A stretch of DNA of 64,000 bases from Nemertoderma westbladi. Taxonomy: Eukaryota > Animalia > Xenacoelomorpha. The notes beneath the pieces were generated by a model, which saw only the letters and a list, made by a program, of their open reading frames with translations, did not search any database and was not told the DNA's origin. The position numbers and the translations under genes were made by a program. Positions 11,711 through 23,810 of the stretch are shown one piece after another. Location: positions 1 through 64,000 of the forward strand of contig JAUCBJ010005891.1 in NCBI GenBank assembly GCA_032718475.1. The letters run 5' to 3'. Numbering within the stretch: position 1 is the stretch's first letter; each line of letters opens with the position of its first letter.

Positions 11711-12231
11711 TGTAATAATTATATGTTCATGTATAAAAAGTAATTACAACTACCAATTACTGTAAATCTATGTTAGATGACGGTATTTGATTTGTTGATT
11801 GAGGCTATTAGGTATTTAGGCAATTTAATCAATTGATTTATTACGCTGGCGAAATTTGATATATTTTTGTGGACCTGGCTCAGATAGAGTGAAAATTTTA
11901 TTGCAAAAACGAAAAACAATTGTACACTACCTATACACAAATTAAATTTCATTCTTTATGAAATTTTCGGTTTTATATATCAAATTAAACTTGATAAAAC
12001 TTTTTTACAATATCAAATTTGGCTTTAAGGTATTGCAAAATAAAAACGATTTGCATGTTAAATTTGCCTGGGGTGGCTCTTTAGTAGTAGACATTGGGTG
12101 TGGTAATGGATATTCAACGTTTTTACTGTTTGGAAATTTCAACTATTTGTATCTTCTGTATGTTTGAAGCTGTCACATGATTTTCGCAAAGATGTTGACA
12201 CCACCAGCGCATGCTAACCATTCATATTGGA

Positions 12232-12952
12232 ACCATTTATTGGTTCGTGGGAAGGACCATTTATTGGTTCGTGGGAAGGACCATTTATTGGTTCGTGGGA
12301 AGGACCATTTATTGGTTCGTGGGAAAGACCATTTATTGGTTCGTGGGAAGGACCATTTATTGGTTCGTGGGAAGGACCATTTATTGGTTCGTGGGAAGGA
12401 CCATTTATTGGTTCGTGGGAAGAACCATTTATTGGTTCGTGGGAAAGACCATTTTTTGGTTCGTGGGAAGGACCATTTATTGGTTCGTGGGAAGGACCAT
12501 TTATTGGTTCGTGGGAAGGACCATTTATTGGTTCGTGGGAAAGACCATTTTTTGGTTCGTGGGAAGGACCATTTATTGGTTCGTGGGAAGGACCATTTAT
12601 TGGTTCGTGGGAAAGACCATTTATTGGTTCGTGGGAAGGACCATTTATTGGTTCGTGGGAAGGACCATTTATTGGTTCGTGGGAAGGACCATTTATTGGT
12701 TCGTGGGAAGGACCATTTATTGGTTCGTGGGAAGGACCAATATTGGTTCTTAAGGACCATTTATTGGTTCGTGGGAAGGACCATTTATTGGTTCGTGGGA
12801 AAGACCATTTATTGGTTCGTGGGAAGGACCATTTATTGGTTCGTGGGAAGGACCATTTATTGGTTCGTGGGAAGGACCAATATTGGTTCTTGGGAAGGAC
12901 CATTTATTAGTTCGTGGGAAGGACCAATATTGGTTCGTTGGAAGGACCATTT
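12232..12952 (+). repeat. 24-bp minisatellite, about 30 copies
   Basis: ccatttattggttcgtgggaagga. Confidence 0.97.
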
Positions 12953-13744
12953 TTGTCGACTATCCTCTAATTAGATATTAAAAATGTAGACAGTTCACTA
13001 TACTTTGTGACGTCACAAAAGCACTTTGGTGAACAAATAAAATACATAACACCACAACATCGACAGCCAAAGTGAAATCTATTCAAGTAATCGCGAATCG
13101 CGAGAGTGTTAATTCTAAGTGGCGATAAAGATGAAGAACACCACATTGACTGGGTAGATAAGAACGAGGTAGAGTTAGACACAGGAAGTGGCACAATTAA
13201 TAGTCTATCGTATACCTTGTGCACTTCCGGTGATCGATGTCGAAACTCAGATGTCGTCATTCGCATGGGAGTGAATATGTGGGGTGTCTTCCTTGTTTAT
13301 AGTCATTGTGTACAGCGGAATTAATGAAGTATTATTATTTAGTATTAATAAAATAATAATTTAAAATTTAAAATTTTTTATAACTCAGGTATTTTTTGTG
13401 ACGTGGTGGAAGTGGGGGGGGGGGGGGGGGGGGTCGAAAATTGTCAAAAAAAAGCGTGACATCATTTGTGCACGGCCCCTCACCATAAATTTATTAAACT
13501 ATAGTGCCTGTATACCACTTTAATTGTTGACGTTGGAGTAAGTTGGTTGTCCTTGAATAAATGCAATTTAACTTATCAAGGTCTTCATTATTTTATTAAG
13601 TGTCTGCATCATTGACCATCAATACATTTCGCTTTAAATCTGTAGCTACAAGCGTTTAAAAAAGTGTATCCGTCTATAATTACAGCTACTTTTACGTTTA
13701 TGTTAATTCGCCCCCTAGCGGCAGACAGAGGAACTGTAAAAGTC

Positions 13745-13932
13745 TGTTTATTCTTCTGGTTAGAAAAAGCCGCCTCTGTAACTTGCTTCTTTCCCTCAAT
13801 ACATCGTTTATTGTTTTGGTTAGAAAAAGCCGCCTCTGTAACTTGCTTCTTTCCCTCAATACATCGTTTATTGTTTTGGTTAGAAAAAGCCGCCACTGTA
13901 ACTTGCTCCTTTCCCTCAATACATCGTTTATT
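13745..13932 (+). repeat. 60-bp minisatellite, left part (3 copies)
   Basis: gtttattgttttggttagaaaaagccgcctctgtaacttgcttctttccctcaatacatc. Confidence 0.93.
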
Positions 13933-13968
13933 CATTAGAATTAAAAAGCTTGAGTTAATGCAATATAG

Positions 13969-15275
13969 TGGTACTTTTATTTAATTGTCAAGCAGTGAAG
14001 TAAAAACCTTACCGGTAGGTATGCAGTACAAATAAAACAGTAAAAAAAGCAACTGACCTGTAGACGTTGCATGCAATCAGTGATCAGCTGACAACTGTCA
14101 GCTGATCAGTAGGTTTCGCCCCAATGGGGGCTTTCACAAGTAGCTAGTGCTAGAAAGGAGACAATAGATAGAAGTTCCCAAGGGAGAAGGAAAGGTAAAG
14201 TGAAACAAGGTAGAAGTGTATCCGTCTATCCACTGGGAAAGCAGCACCTCAAACTTACGCCAATCACGTTTCTGTTTGTTAATGGCGGGCTGACGCGTAC
14301 GTATATAAAACATTTCAAGTTTTTGCAGGACAGGCCGCAATGGGTGCCGTGCAATTACTTTGAAATGCTTGAAGAACTCACGGCCAGTCCGTCAACAACC
14401 GTGTATTGGGCTCGCCGCGGTGTGTCATGATATGGTTGTGAACTGTCTTGCCTTGTTCACTACCATCATTGGCCGACCCGTCTTGATGCTGTCTAACGCG
14501 TTCAAACAAGTGCTAGATGGTATGTCCAACATATTCCCCCTTACAAGCGGGACAAGAGAAAGAATAAACGACGTTAGACGCAAGAATATCTGGAACCGGA
14601 TGTTTCAATGATGGTAGTGATTGGCGCAGTTTGGCAGTTGTGTAAACAAACCGCACTGGTCGTGTGCAAGACCATGGTACTAGACCACGCAACCTACGAA
14701 CAAAAAGTTCGGTGGCCCGACCGCGGTACTCAAACTTACAGATAATGGGCGTGGGATTTTCCGACGGTTCCGGCTCCACCGGGTCAATGACCTCGGAGGG
14801 TGTAACCGCAGTCACCTCGCTCTCACTACTATTGCCAGGACGCCCCCTAGCGGCACGGACGGCGGTAAGCTCACGCTGAATCATCGCATTTGTATATTGG
14901 TTATTGCTAAGAATAATATTAGCTTCCCCAATTGCAGTATTGAGCTGGGAGCCATCCCCGCCCTTACTAACTTTAAAAGTGCGATGAAACATTCCACGAA
15001 CTACCCCCCGTTTGTATGACTCCGCGGGCACACGCAGTAGCATTGAGCACGAGCCCGGTATCTGTAGGCTTGCGGTACCACGCCGTCGCAAGCTCGTGAA
15101 TAAACTCACAACGTCCAGGGAGTAGAGGCGGTCCGTGGGTTCTACCTCCAGTGCAACGAGACGATCGGCAGCCCCAGTGCTGTTAGTACTGATTCTACCC
15201 TCTGGCAGCACCTCCAACATGTCCCTGGAGATACTCAGCGACAGGGTGGTAGATGCTGCCAGGCATTGGAAGTTA
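13969..15275 (-). mobile_element. Inverted, internally deleted second copy of the same PLE
   Basis: 13969-15097 is the reverse complement of about 17272-18400; 15098-15275 matches about 16689-16866. Confidence 0.92.
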
Positions 15276-15277
15276 TT

Positions 15278-16197
15278 TTGACTATGTGATGATGGGGTGA
15301 TGATATCTCCACCTACTGGCTCCAGAAGTCGAGAAATCCTGCCAAGTACCTAACTGATCTAGACTTTGCTGATGACTTATGAGTACTCTCAGAATCACTA
15401 GAGGGAGCCCAACGGCTCCTCAGCTCATTAGAACATGCTGCTTCTAGTGTTGGTCTTTTTATTAACTCCAGAAAGACCAAAATTTTGACAGTTAACTTTG
15501 AAAGTCCTCAGCAAGTATCTGATCGGATGAGCATTAAGCTCAAAAGATGGTATGCTTGAGCATGTGGATGACTTCTGTTACCTGGGATCATGGATCCGGA
15601 AGTCAGGTGAGGACCTTCGAATACGTAAGGGAAAGGCATGGGCAGCCTTGAATAGGCTTTCCAGGATTTGGAATTCAACGAGAATTAATCGTAATCTTAA
15701 GGTGCGATTATTTAGAGCAGCAGTAGTTCCAGTACTCCTCTATGGGAGTCCATGTTGGGCTCTAACTGCTGAGGACACCAAATCTCTGGATGGCACATTC
15801 ACAAGAATGCTACGCCGGGTTCATTGTGTCAAGTACAATGCACACATCTCCAACCAGACACTATATAACATTGGAGGTGTCTCATTGGTTCCCCCAAGCT
15901 TGACACTAGAACAAAATCGCCTCCGCTTTGCAGGACATTGCTTTCGCCGTGAGGACCAGCCAGTGCATAATCTTGTACTTTGGCAGCCTCATTGAGTGAA
16001 TAAGCATGGTGGACAGCCCATGACTTTCTTGAGACGCATCTTAAAGGACACTGGACTTGAAGATGCGGATGATCTAGCAAATGTCATGGGTGATAGGGAG
16101 TTGTGGCGGTGCAATTTTGTCGATAAGCCGGCACAGCATTCTTATAAATGCAGCTGCAATGCAGCATGCGATCCTAGTAGTAGTAGTAGTAGTAGTA
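15278..16197 (+). mobile_element. RTE-type LINE 3' fragment with (TAG)n tail
   Basis: Near-identical to 33894-34830; DLDFADD and FCYLGS motifs, tagtagtag tail. Confidence 0.9.
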
Positions 16198-16342
16198 TGG
16201 CCTCGCCAAGGTACTACTGTACTACTGTAGTATCCTTGCGCGGTAGTAACTTCGCTAGGAGTTCCTTACTCTCCTTACCCACAATACTGGTGACCTCGTT
16301 CCGTATAACCTCGGCCCTGCGACGGTACACGTCGATCTTAAC

Positions 16343-18400
16343 GTCACTGTCGCTACCACAGCGCGTTACCTGAAGCAACAGGGCCTGATTGCTGTGCCGT
16401 TTGACAAGGGTGACTGCTATTGTATTATGAGGAAGGAGTCGTATCTGGCCAAGGCTGATACACTCATCGCAGACCCGGCTAAGTTTGGTCCACCTCCCGG
16501 TCGTCCTAGTGCTGTTAAGATCGACGTGTACCGTCGCAGGGCCGAGGTTATACGGAACGAGGTCACCAGTATTGTGGGTAAGGAGAGTAAGGAACTCCTA
16601 GCGAAGTTACTACCGCGCAAGGATACTACTCTCCCGAGGCTGTATGGCCTCGCCAAGGTCCACAAGGCTGGTGTCCCTCTCCGCCCGATAACTTCAATGC
16701 CTGGCAGCATCTACCACCCTGTCGCTGAGTATCTCAGGGACATGTTGGGGGTGCTGCCAGAGGGTAGAATCGGTACTAACAGCACTGGGGCTGCCGATCG
16801 TCTCGTTGCACTGGAGGTAGAACCCTCGGACCGCCTCTACTCCCTGGACGTTGTGAGTTTATTCACTAACGTTCCACTTAAGGAGGCGGTGCACCTTGCT
16901 ACTGATCTACTGTACGAGCAACATCCTGACCAGCCTATCAACAAAGACCATTTTATTCGTCTTATGTTGGTTGCTACACAGGATGTTGTATTCCTGGATC
17001 ACCGTGGTAATTACCGTTGTCAGAGGGATGGTGTCGCCATGGGCTCCCCTTTGGGTCCCATACTCGCCAACATCTTTATGTCACAGTTCGATGAGCAGAT
17101 CGCGGCGGGTACCAAGCTTAGCGATAGGTACGTTGACGACGTGTTTAGTGTTGGTAATAACGACCCCACTGAGAAGTTGAGAGAGGTCAATGCCCTCCAC
17201 CCCAATCTTAGGTTTACACTTGAAGGAACAGGGCCGCTTGCCTTTCCTGGATTTGGTTGTGTCCCGTACCGATCACGAGCTTGCGACGGCGTGGTACCGC
17301 AAGCCTACAGATACCGGGCTCGTGCTCAATGCTACTGCTTGTGCCCCGGAGTCATATAAACGGGGGGTAGTTCGTGCAATGTTTCATCGCACTTTTAACG
17401 TTAGTAAGGGCGGGGATGGCTCCCAGCTCAATACTGCAATTGGGGAAGCTAATATTATTCTTAGCAATAACCAATATACAAATGCGATGATTTAGCGTGA
17501 GCTTACCGCCGCCCGTGCCGCTAGGGGGCGTCCTGGCAATAGTAGTGAGAGCGAGGTGATTCCGGTTACACCCTCCGAGGCCATTGGCCCGGTGGAGCCG
17601 GAACCGTCGGAAAATCCCACGCCCATTATCTGTAAGTTTGAGTACCGCGGTCGGGCCACCGAACTTTTTGTTCGTAGGTTGCGTGGTCTAGTACCATGGT
17701 CTTGCACACGACCAGTGCGGTGTGTTTACACAACTGCCAAACTGCGCCAATCACTAACATCATTGAAACATCCGGTTCCAGATATTCTTGCGTCTAACGT
17801 CGTTTATTCTTTCTCTTGTCCCGCTTGTAAGGGGGAATATGTTGGACATACCATCTAGCACTTGTTTGAACGCGTTAGACAGCATCAAGACGGGTCGGCC
17901 AATGATGGTAGTGAACAAGGCAAGACAGTTCACAACCATATCGTGACACACCGCGGCGAGCCCAATACACGGTGGTTGACGGACTGGCGTGAGTTCTCCA
18001 AGCATTTCAAAGTAATTGCACGGCACCCATTGCGGCCTGTCCTGTAAAAACTTGAAATGTTTTATATACGTACGCGTCAGCCCGTCATTAACAAACAGAA
18101 ACGTGATTGGCGTAAGTTTGAGGTGCTGCTTCCCAGTGGTTAGACGGATACACTTCTACCTTGTTTCACTTTACCTTTCCTTCTCCCTTGGGAACTTATA
18201 TCTATTGTCTCCTTTCTAGCACTAGCTACTTGAGAAAGCCCCCATTGGGGCGAAACCTACTGATCAGCTGACAGTTGTCAGCTGATCACTGATTGCATGC
18301 AACGTCTACAGGTCAGTTGCTTTTTTACTGTTTCATTTGTACTGCATACCCTACCGGTAAGGTTTTTACTTCACTGCTTGACAATTAAATAAAAGTACCA
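16343..18400 (+). mobile_element. Penelope-like element, 5'-truncated, RT plus GIY-YIG endonuclease, disrupted
   Basis: PRLYGLAKVHK..PLRPI, SLDVVSLFTNVP, QRDGVAMGSPLGP, RYVDD, WYRKPT, NVVYSFSCPACKGEYVGHT. Frameshift near 17220; stops at 17493 and 17856. Confidence 0.93.
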
Positions 18401-18401
18401 T

Positions 18402-18991
18402 ATCGTTTATTGTTTTGGTTAGTAAAAGCCGTCTCTGTAACTTGCTCCTTTCCCTCAATACATCGTTTATTGTTTTGGTTAGAAAAAGCCGCCTCTGTAA
18501 CTTGCTTCCTTCCCTCAATACATCGTTTATTGTTTTGGTTAGAAAACGCCGCCTCTGTAACTTGCTCCTTTCCCTCAATACATCGTTTATTGTTTTGGTT
18601 AGAAAAAGCCGCCTCTGTAACTTGCTCCTTTCCCTCAATACATCGTTTATTGTTTTGGTTAGAGAAAGCCGCCTCTGTAACTTGCTCCTTTCCCTCAATA
18701 CATCGTTTATTGTTTTGGTTAGAGAAAGCCACCTCTGTAACTTGCTCCTTTCCGTCAATACATCAATTATTATTTTGGTTAGAAAATGCCGCCTCTGTAA
18801 CTTGCTCCTTTCCCTCTATACATCGTTTATTGTTTTGGTTAGAGAAAGCCGCCTCTGTAACTTGATCCTTTCCGTCAATACATCAATTATTATTTTGGTT
18901 AGAAAAAGCCGCCTCTGTAACTTGCTCCTTTCCCTCAATACATCAATTATTATTTTGGTTAGAAAAAGCCGCTTCTGTAACTTGCTCCTTT
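18402..18991 (+). repeat. 60-bp minisatellite, right part (about 10 copies)
   Basis: Same unit as 13745-13932; the array is split by the PLE/RTE insertion. Confidence 0.95.
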
Positions 18992-19061
18992 ATTATTGTT
19001 TGTTTTTCTTTTCGACTCTTTCAACCCGAAATCCTATTTTACAACCTTATTGTTTATTTAG

Positions 19062-19194
19062 GCTGTGGCTAAGAGTATAGAGCTTGAGTTACGTAAGGTG
19101 GAGGTGCAGCAATGCAGCCAACACGTTACTTACCTAACCAGTTTCATGCCGGAGACATTCCTCAAACGGGGTGGCGACCACGACTGTATATTGG
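19062..19194 (+). CDS. DCTN1: DCTN1 exon (AVAKSIELELRKVE...FLKRGGDHDCIL)
   Basis: GGDHDC motif; tttag / gtgagt, phase 1. Confidence 0.96.
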
Positions 19195-20029
19195 GTGAGT
19201 CATGATCTATTATTAGATTTCTATTATATTATGGTGTGATAATAATTATTGTAATATCAATATGAAGCCTTAAGGCTGGTTTATACGTATGACTATCAAC
19301 TTCACTATGAGAAACTTAACTTGTGTCGCAGTAGAAATTTAGCAACGTAGTGTTTATATGGAGCAACTTGATGGGCAACTCGAGTCTCTCAACTATAGTT
19401 ACCACGTGTAAACCGGAAGCTAACAGGTGTCGTCTGGGCCGATTGTAACAGTGACTACTGTGTGACTATTAGTGTAAAAGTGACTACTGTCGCTTTCGCC
19501 CCTTACGCGCCAACACCGTCCAAGTCGAATTTTTTTACAAAAAAATGGATATATTTAGAACCAGTACAACGGGCGCATCTTTCTAGCTAAGTCGCGAAGC
19601 GAGAAAATTAAGACCTGAGAAAATAATTTTTTGCCAAAACCGTCCAAGTCGACAATTCTCAAATGCCAAAACAATGCAAATTTAGCAAGTATTGTGTTAG
19701 ATAATGTGTAAGTTATTTATATAAATTTACATGCCAAAACAATCTAACGGTGTAGTTTGTTTTGGGGTTTAGATAATGAGAATCTTTTCACATAATTTAC
19801 ATGCCAAAACCTTCCTCCTACATTTCGACGGTTTTCGTTATTTATTTATTATGTTAAACATTATTACATGCGAAAACCCTTTGTGTAATATTGACTAAAT
19901 AGGAAAGCTGTTTTGTTTAACCCAAAACCCAAAACCGCTTTCTGATACATTCCTATAGGTGTGGTAATTTTTTTCAAATAATTAGTTCCATGACTTATGC
20001 CAAAACCGATCAAGTATAAATGGAAAGGT

Positions 20030-21245
20030 ATCAGTCAGTGTCTGTTTACATTCTGAGGAAATTATTGCAGCTATCAGATGACTGAACGATAGTTCCGTTT
20101 CCAGTTTTTGTGTCTACTGCTGGTGATGACACCGCTCCATTCAAGTCTTTTATGAGGAGTCCTTCAGGGTGATACACTTGCACCATTTTTAATCATATTG
20201 TAGTTGATTACGTTCTATGCATTGGAAATTTATTATTAGGGTAAATAGATAATTAATAATTATTATAAAATTGTCATGTTAAATATTAATATAATATTTT
20301 TCTAGGTATTTTTTAATTTGAACAGAATTTGCATTGGAACCCTTATTTTGGATAATTACTGTATCTGTGGATCTAGTTATCTGTGAGGTGCTTATTTAAC
20401 TATTTAAATTTAGTAATTATCTATAAATAAGTATACTACTAACTATGTCCTTAGACCACCTTAATAAAGATGGGGTGATGGTAACACCCCCTACTGGTAC
20501 AAGAAGTAGAAGAAATTCAGCTAAGTAACTTTCTGATATAGACTTTGCTGATAACTAAGGGGTACTGTCAGAACCATTAATACAGGGAACCCTAAGGCTC
20601 CTCTCCGAGCAGGTTGCTTATGCTTATAGTGTTATTCTTTTTGTAAATTCCAAGAAGACAGCCCTCAAAAAAATGTATCATTGTAAGGACATAAAGCTCC
20701 AGGGATAGCTTGCTTGAGCATCTGCTACTTGGAATCATGGATCCGGAAGTCAGGTGAATGAAGACTTTCGGATATGTAAGGTGAAGGCATGGGCAGCATT
20801 GAATAGTGTGTCTAGGATTTGGAAGTCCCATAGAATAAAATTTAATCTCAAGATTCGATTATTTATGGCAGCAGTAGTACCAGTGTCAAGTACAATGAAC
20901 ACATCACCAATCAGACGCTATACACCATTGGAGGTGTTCCATTAGTCTTCCCTAACTTGACACTCCGCTTTGCAGGATATTGTTTTCGCGGTGAGGACCA
21001 GCCAGTGCATAATCTTGTGCTTTGGCTGCCTCTTAGATTGAATACGCATGGTGGACTGGACAGCCGATGACTTTCTTAAAGACGCCTCGTAAAGGACGCT
21101 GGCCTTGAAGATGCGGATGATCATGATCTAGCAAATGTTAAGGGTGATACTGGTAGGGAGTTGTGGCGGGGCAATTCTGTCGACAAGCCGGCACCACAGT
21201 ATTCTTAACTGTAATATATATAATGCAGCTACAATGCAGCATGCC
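20030..21245 (+). mobile_element. Old degraded copy of the same RTE family
   Basis: Collinear similarity to 33720-34810 with many indels and an AT-rich interruption at about 20220-20440. Confidence 0.8.
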
Positions 21246-22261
21246 GATACGCGGACCCTGGTTTAATTGTCAACGGAATATCAACTGTATTAAAAGGAAG
21301 TTTTGGTTGGAATTGGACACAAACCAATTATGTAGGTGTAGGAGATCTTAACTGAGTTTGACGCACCATTACCAGAAGACGCTGATGATTAGATAGTAAG
21401 GGGCATTATTAGAATGTTTACTATTCTTATAACTTAAAACCTTTAAGTTAGTGTGCTAATCAGTTAGAACTATATGCATGCATTAACTTACATTTCAAAA
21501 CTTACTTCAATAAACTTAAAACTGCTTTACTTTTTAACCCTTTCTTTACTTATTAAAAGTTATTGTCACCAATTAATACATTTCCTCTGAAATAATTTTG
21601 ATTGCCGAGACAATATAATTAGTTAATATATACACAAATTAATTGTGCAATAATTATATACCTTTATCAACCAGTGTGATGGATGGTTTTGGTGTAACAA
21701 TTACACAAAAAATATAATGATATTGATAGAAGTATGGTTATCAACATTTTCCAAAACCTGTTATATGCGAGTTAGCAGCTTTTGGGGAACTATTTTACTA
21801 GAATTATGAACGAGAATGCAATGCATTATTACAAAAATAAGCATCAGAATAGAATTCTACGCCTGTAATTCCCCTAAAAACATCATCTACGAGATCTATA
21901 TGGAGACAAATGCCAAGCATCAAATGTTTTCTAAATTTTCTCGGAATCTTGAAAAAAGTACTTCGCTTGAGTTGAGAGGGCCGTACTTCCCGTACCTTTG
22001 GTTTTGGTTATCTGGTGTGGCCGAAATAATAACTTCCGGCGGTTTAATAAACGAGTCCTGACAAAATCGGAGGACGTAAAATATAATAAGTTAGACTCCG
22101 TCCTACATTTTTCCCAAAATGAGTAGTGAGACTGACATCAGGATAATATAGCTTTAAGTCAGTTAGTATGGAAGTCGGAAAGCACGGGTAGCGAACTGTG
22201 GAGCTGTTGTTCTGCGGGGTCGGACGGCCGGCGTTCGATGTATGTAATTAATGAATCTTAA

Positions 22262-23330
22262 CCCTTAAACTGGTGTCAACTCAAACTTAGGAATAAACTT
22301 GGTGGGAATTTTATTAATGTTTGTGTCTGAGAATTAGTGAAAACTCGTATTTGAGTTCTCGCCAGTCGACTCCCTCTTGGTGGATCTTTTTTTTAAGAAG
22401 AATTAGCTGACTTGGTGAAAACTCATGAGTTTATGAGCCAACGTGTCTGGACTTGGTAGAGATTATATTTTTCTGCTATTCCTCCTTGGTGAGAGTTTTT
22501 CTTATATTTATAAAGCTCAAAATTTTTTTATGTAAATTTAAGAATTGAGTGCGGAATTATATCAGTTTTGTATTCAAAAAGAAAATAGAATGGCTTGAAA
22601 ATTTTTCGTAACATTCAATGAATGTAAAAATCTAAGTGTTGAAAAAAAAAATTTATTAAATTAAATGTAAATCCAGAAATTTCTTAGATTTTTTAAATAA
22701 ATAAAACGTATCGATCCGTATCGACGCTTAATAGATCCGATAAAAATAAATCAGAAAACTCTTTGTCAGATTCAGAGTTTTCAGTTTCAGAGTTCCGAAA
22801 TTAAGCTAGTTTGCCATCGTGTATTGAGTTATGCACTCGTTGGGATTTTAGCAATCGCTACGCTCGTACGTAAAATCTGCCAAATCTTGCAGTCAGACAG
22901 CACAAATGTATTTCTGCGCATTGAAAATGTTGACAAAAAAAGGATCTTAACAGTTTTTTTTTTTTATCGAATAAGATTAATTATTATAAAATAAAGCTGC
23001 GAATTAGTTCAAACGTTAAATTAGCGACAGACTGCGTAATTTTGAACTTCAGTGGCGGTCAAAGTATAGCCGAAACTCATGTGAGTTGAAACCAAGTCAG
23101 AACGGTTTTACTGTAACTCATATATGAGTTTTCACCAAGTCAGAATACATTGAAGGAAAAGTTCCCACCAAGTAGAACTTACTCTCATTAAACTCATATT
23201 TGAGTTTTCAACAAGTTATAATAAATTTCATCAATAATTCCCGCCAAGTACAACTGACAATCGCAGAACTCATATTTGAGTTTTCACCAAGTGGAGATGC
23301 GATTTAGAAAAATCGTCACCAGTTTAAGGG
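22262..23330. mobile_element. Non-autonomous piggyBac-type element
   Basis: TTAA|CCCTTAAACTGGTG...CACCAGTTTAAGGG|TTAA, with subterminal aactcatatttgagttttcaccaagt repeats. Confidence 0.88.
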
Positions 23331-23559
23331 TTAATTAAAATTAAAGAAATCATAACAAATTAATAATTCGAAATCACTTATATCATAAGATATCGTAGGC
23401 TGTCAACTAAATCATAAGAGGTGCAACCATTTACTGTACGAAGATGACCTATCTCTAGCATCTAACTCTATCGTAAGTTTATATAAATTAATTGATACTT
23501 TTGCAAGTTATGCCGAGAGGCACTCTATTGTAATTCATATTAAGAAATCGAAATTTATG

Positions 23560-23810
23560 CGCTACATTCCAAAAGCTAATAAGAACAGTTTGGTATAGTC
23601 TATTTCAATCAACGGCGCCCCGTTAGATACTGTGAGTAAATAAATATAAGTACTTGGGTCAATATCTTTCATTGTACAACTGATGATAACTACGACATAT
23701 TGAACCAATTATCTAGTCTGTACCATAGGGGTGATTTTCTCATCCGTAAGTTCGGTGTTTGTACCCGAGACGTGAAGGTTGGACTCCTCCGTTCTTTTCG
23801 CACGCAAATT
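23560..23810 (+). mobile_element. Degraded LINE 3' fragment (RTEX-like)
   Basis: Frameshifted ISINGAPLDTVSK..YKYLG..DILNQLSSLYHRG..RKFGVCTRDVK pattern. Confidence 0.5.

Noticed and set aside
12173-12974. Repetitive ORFs in several frames on both strands
   Set aside because: Translation of a 24-bp minisatellite.
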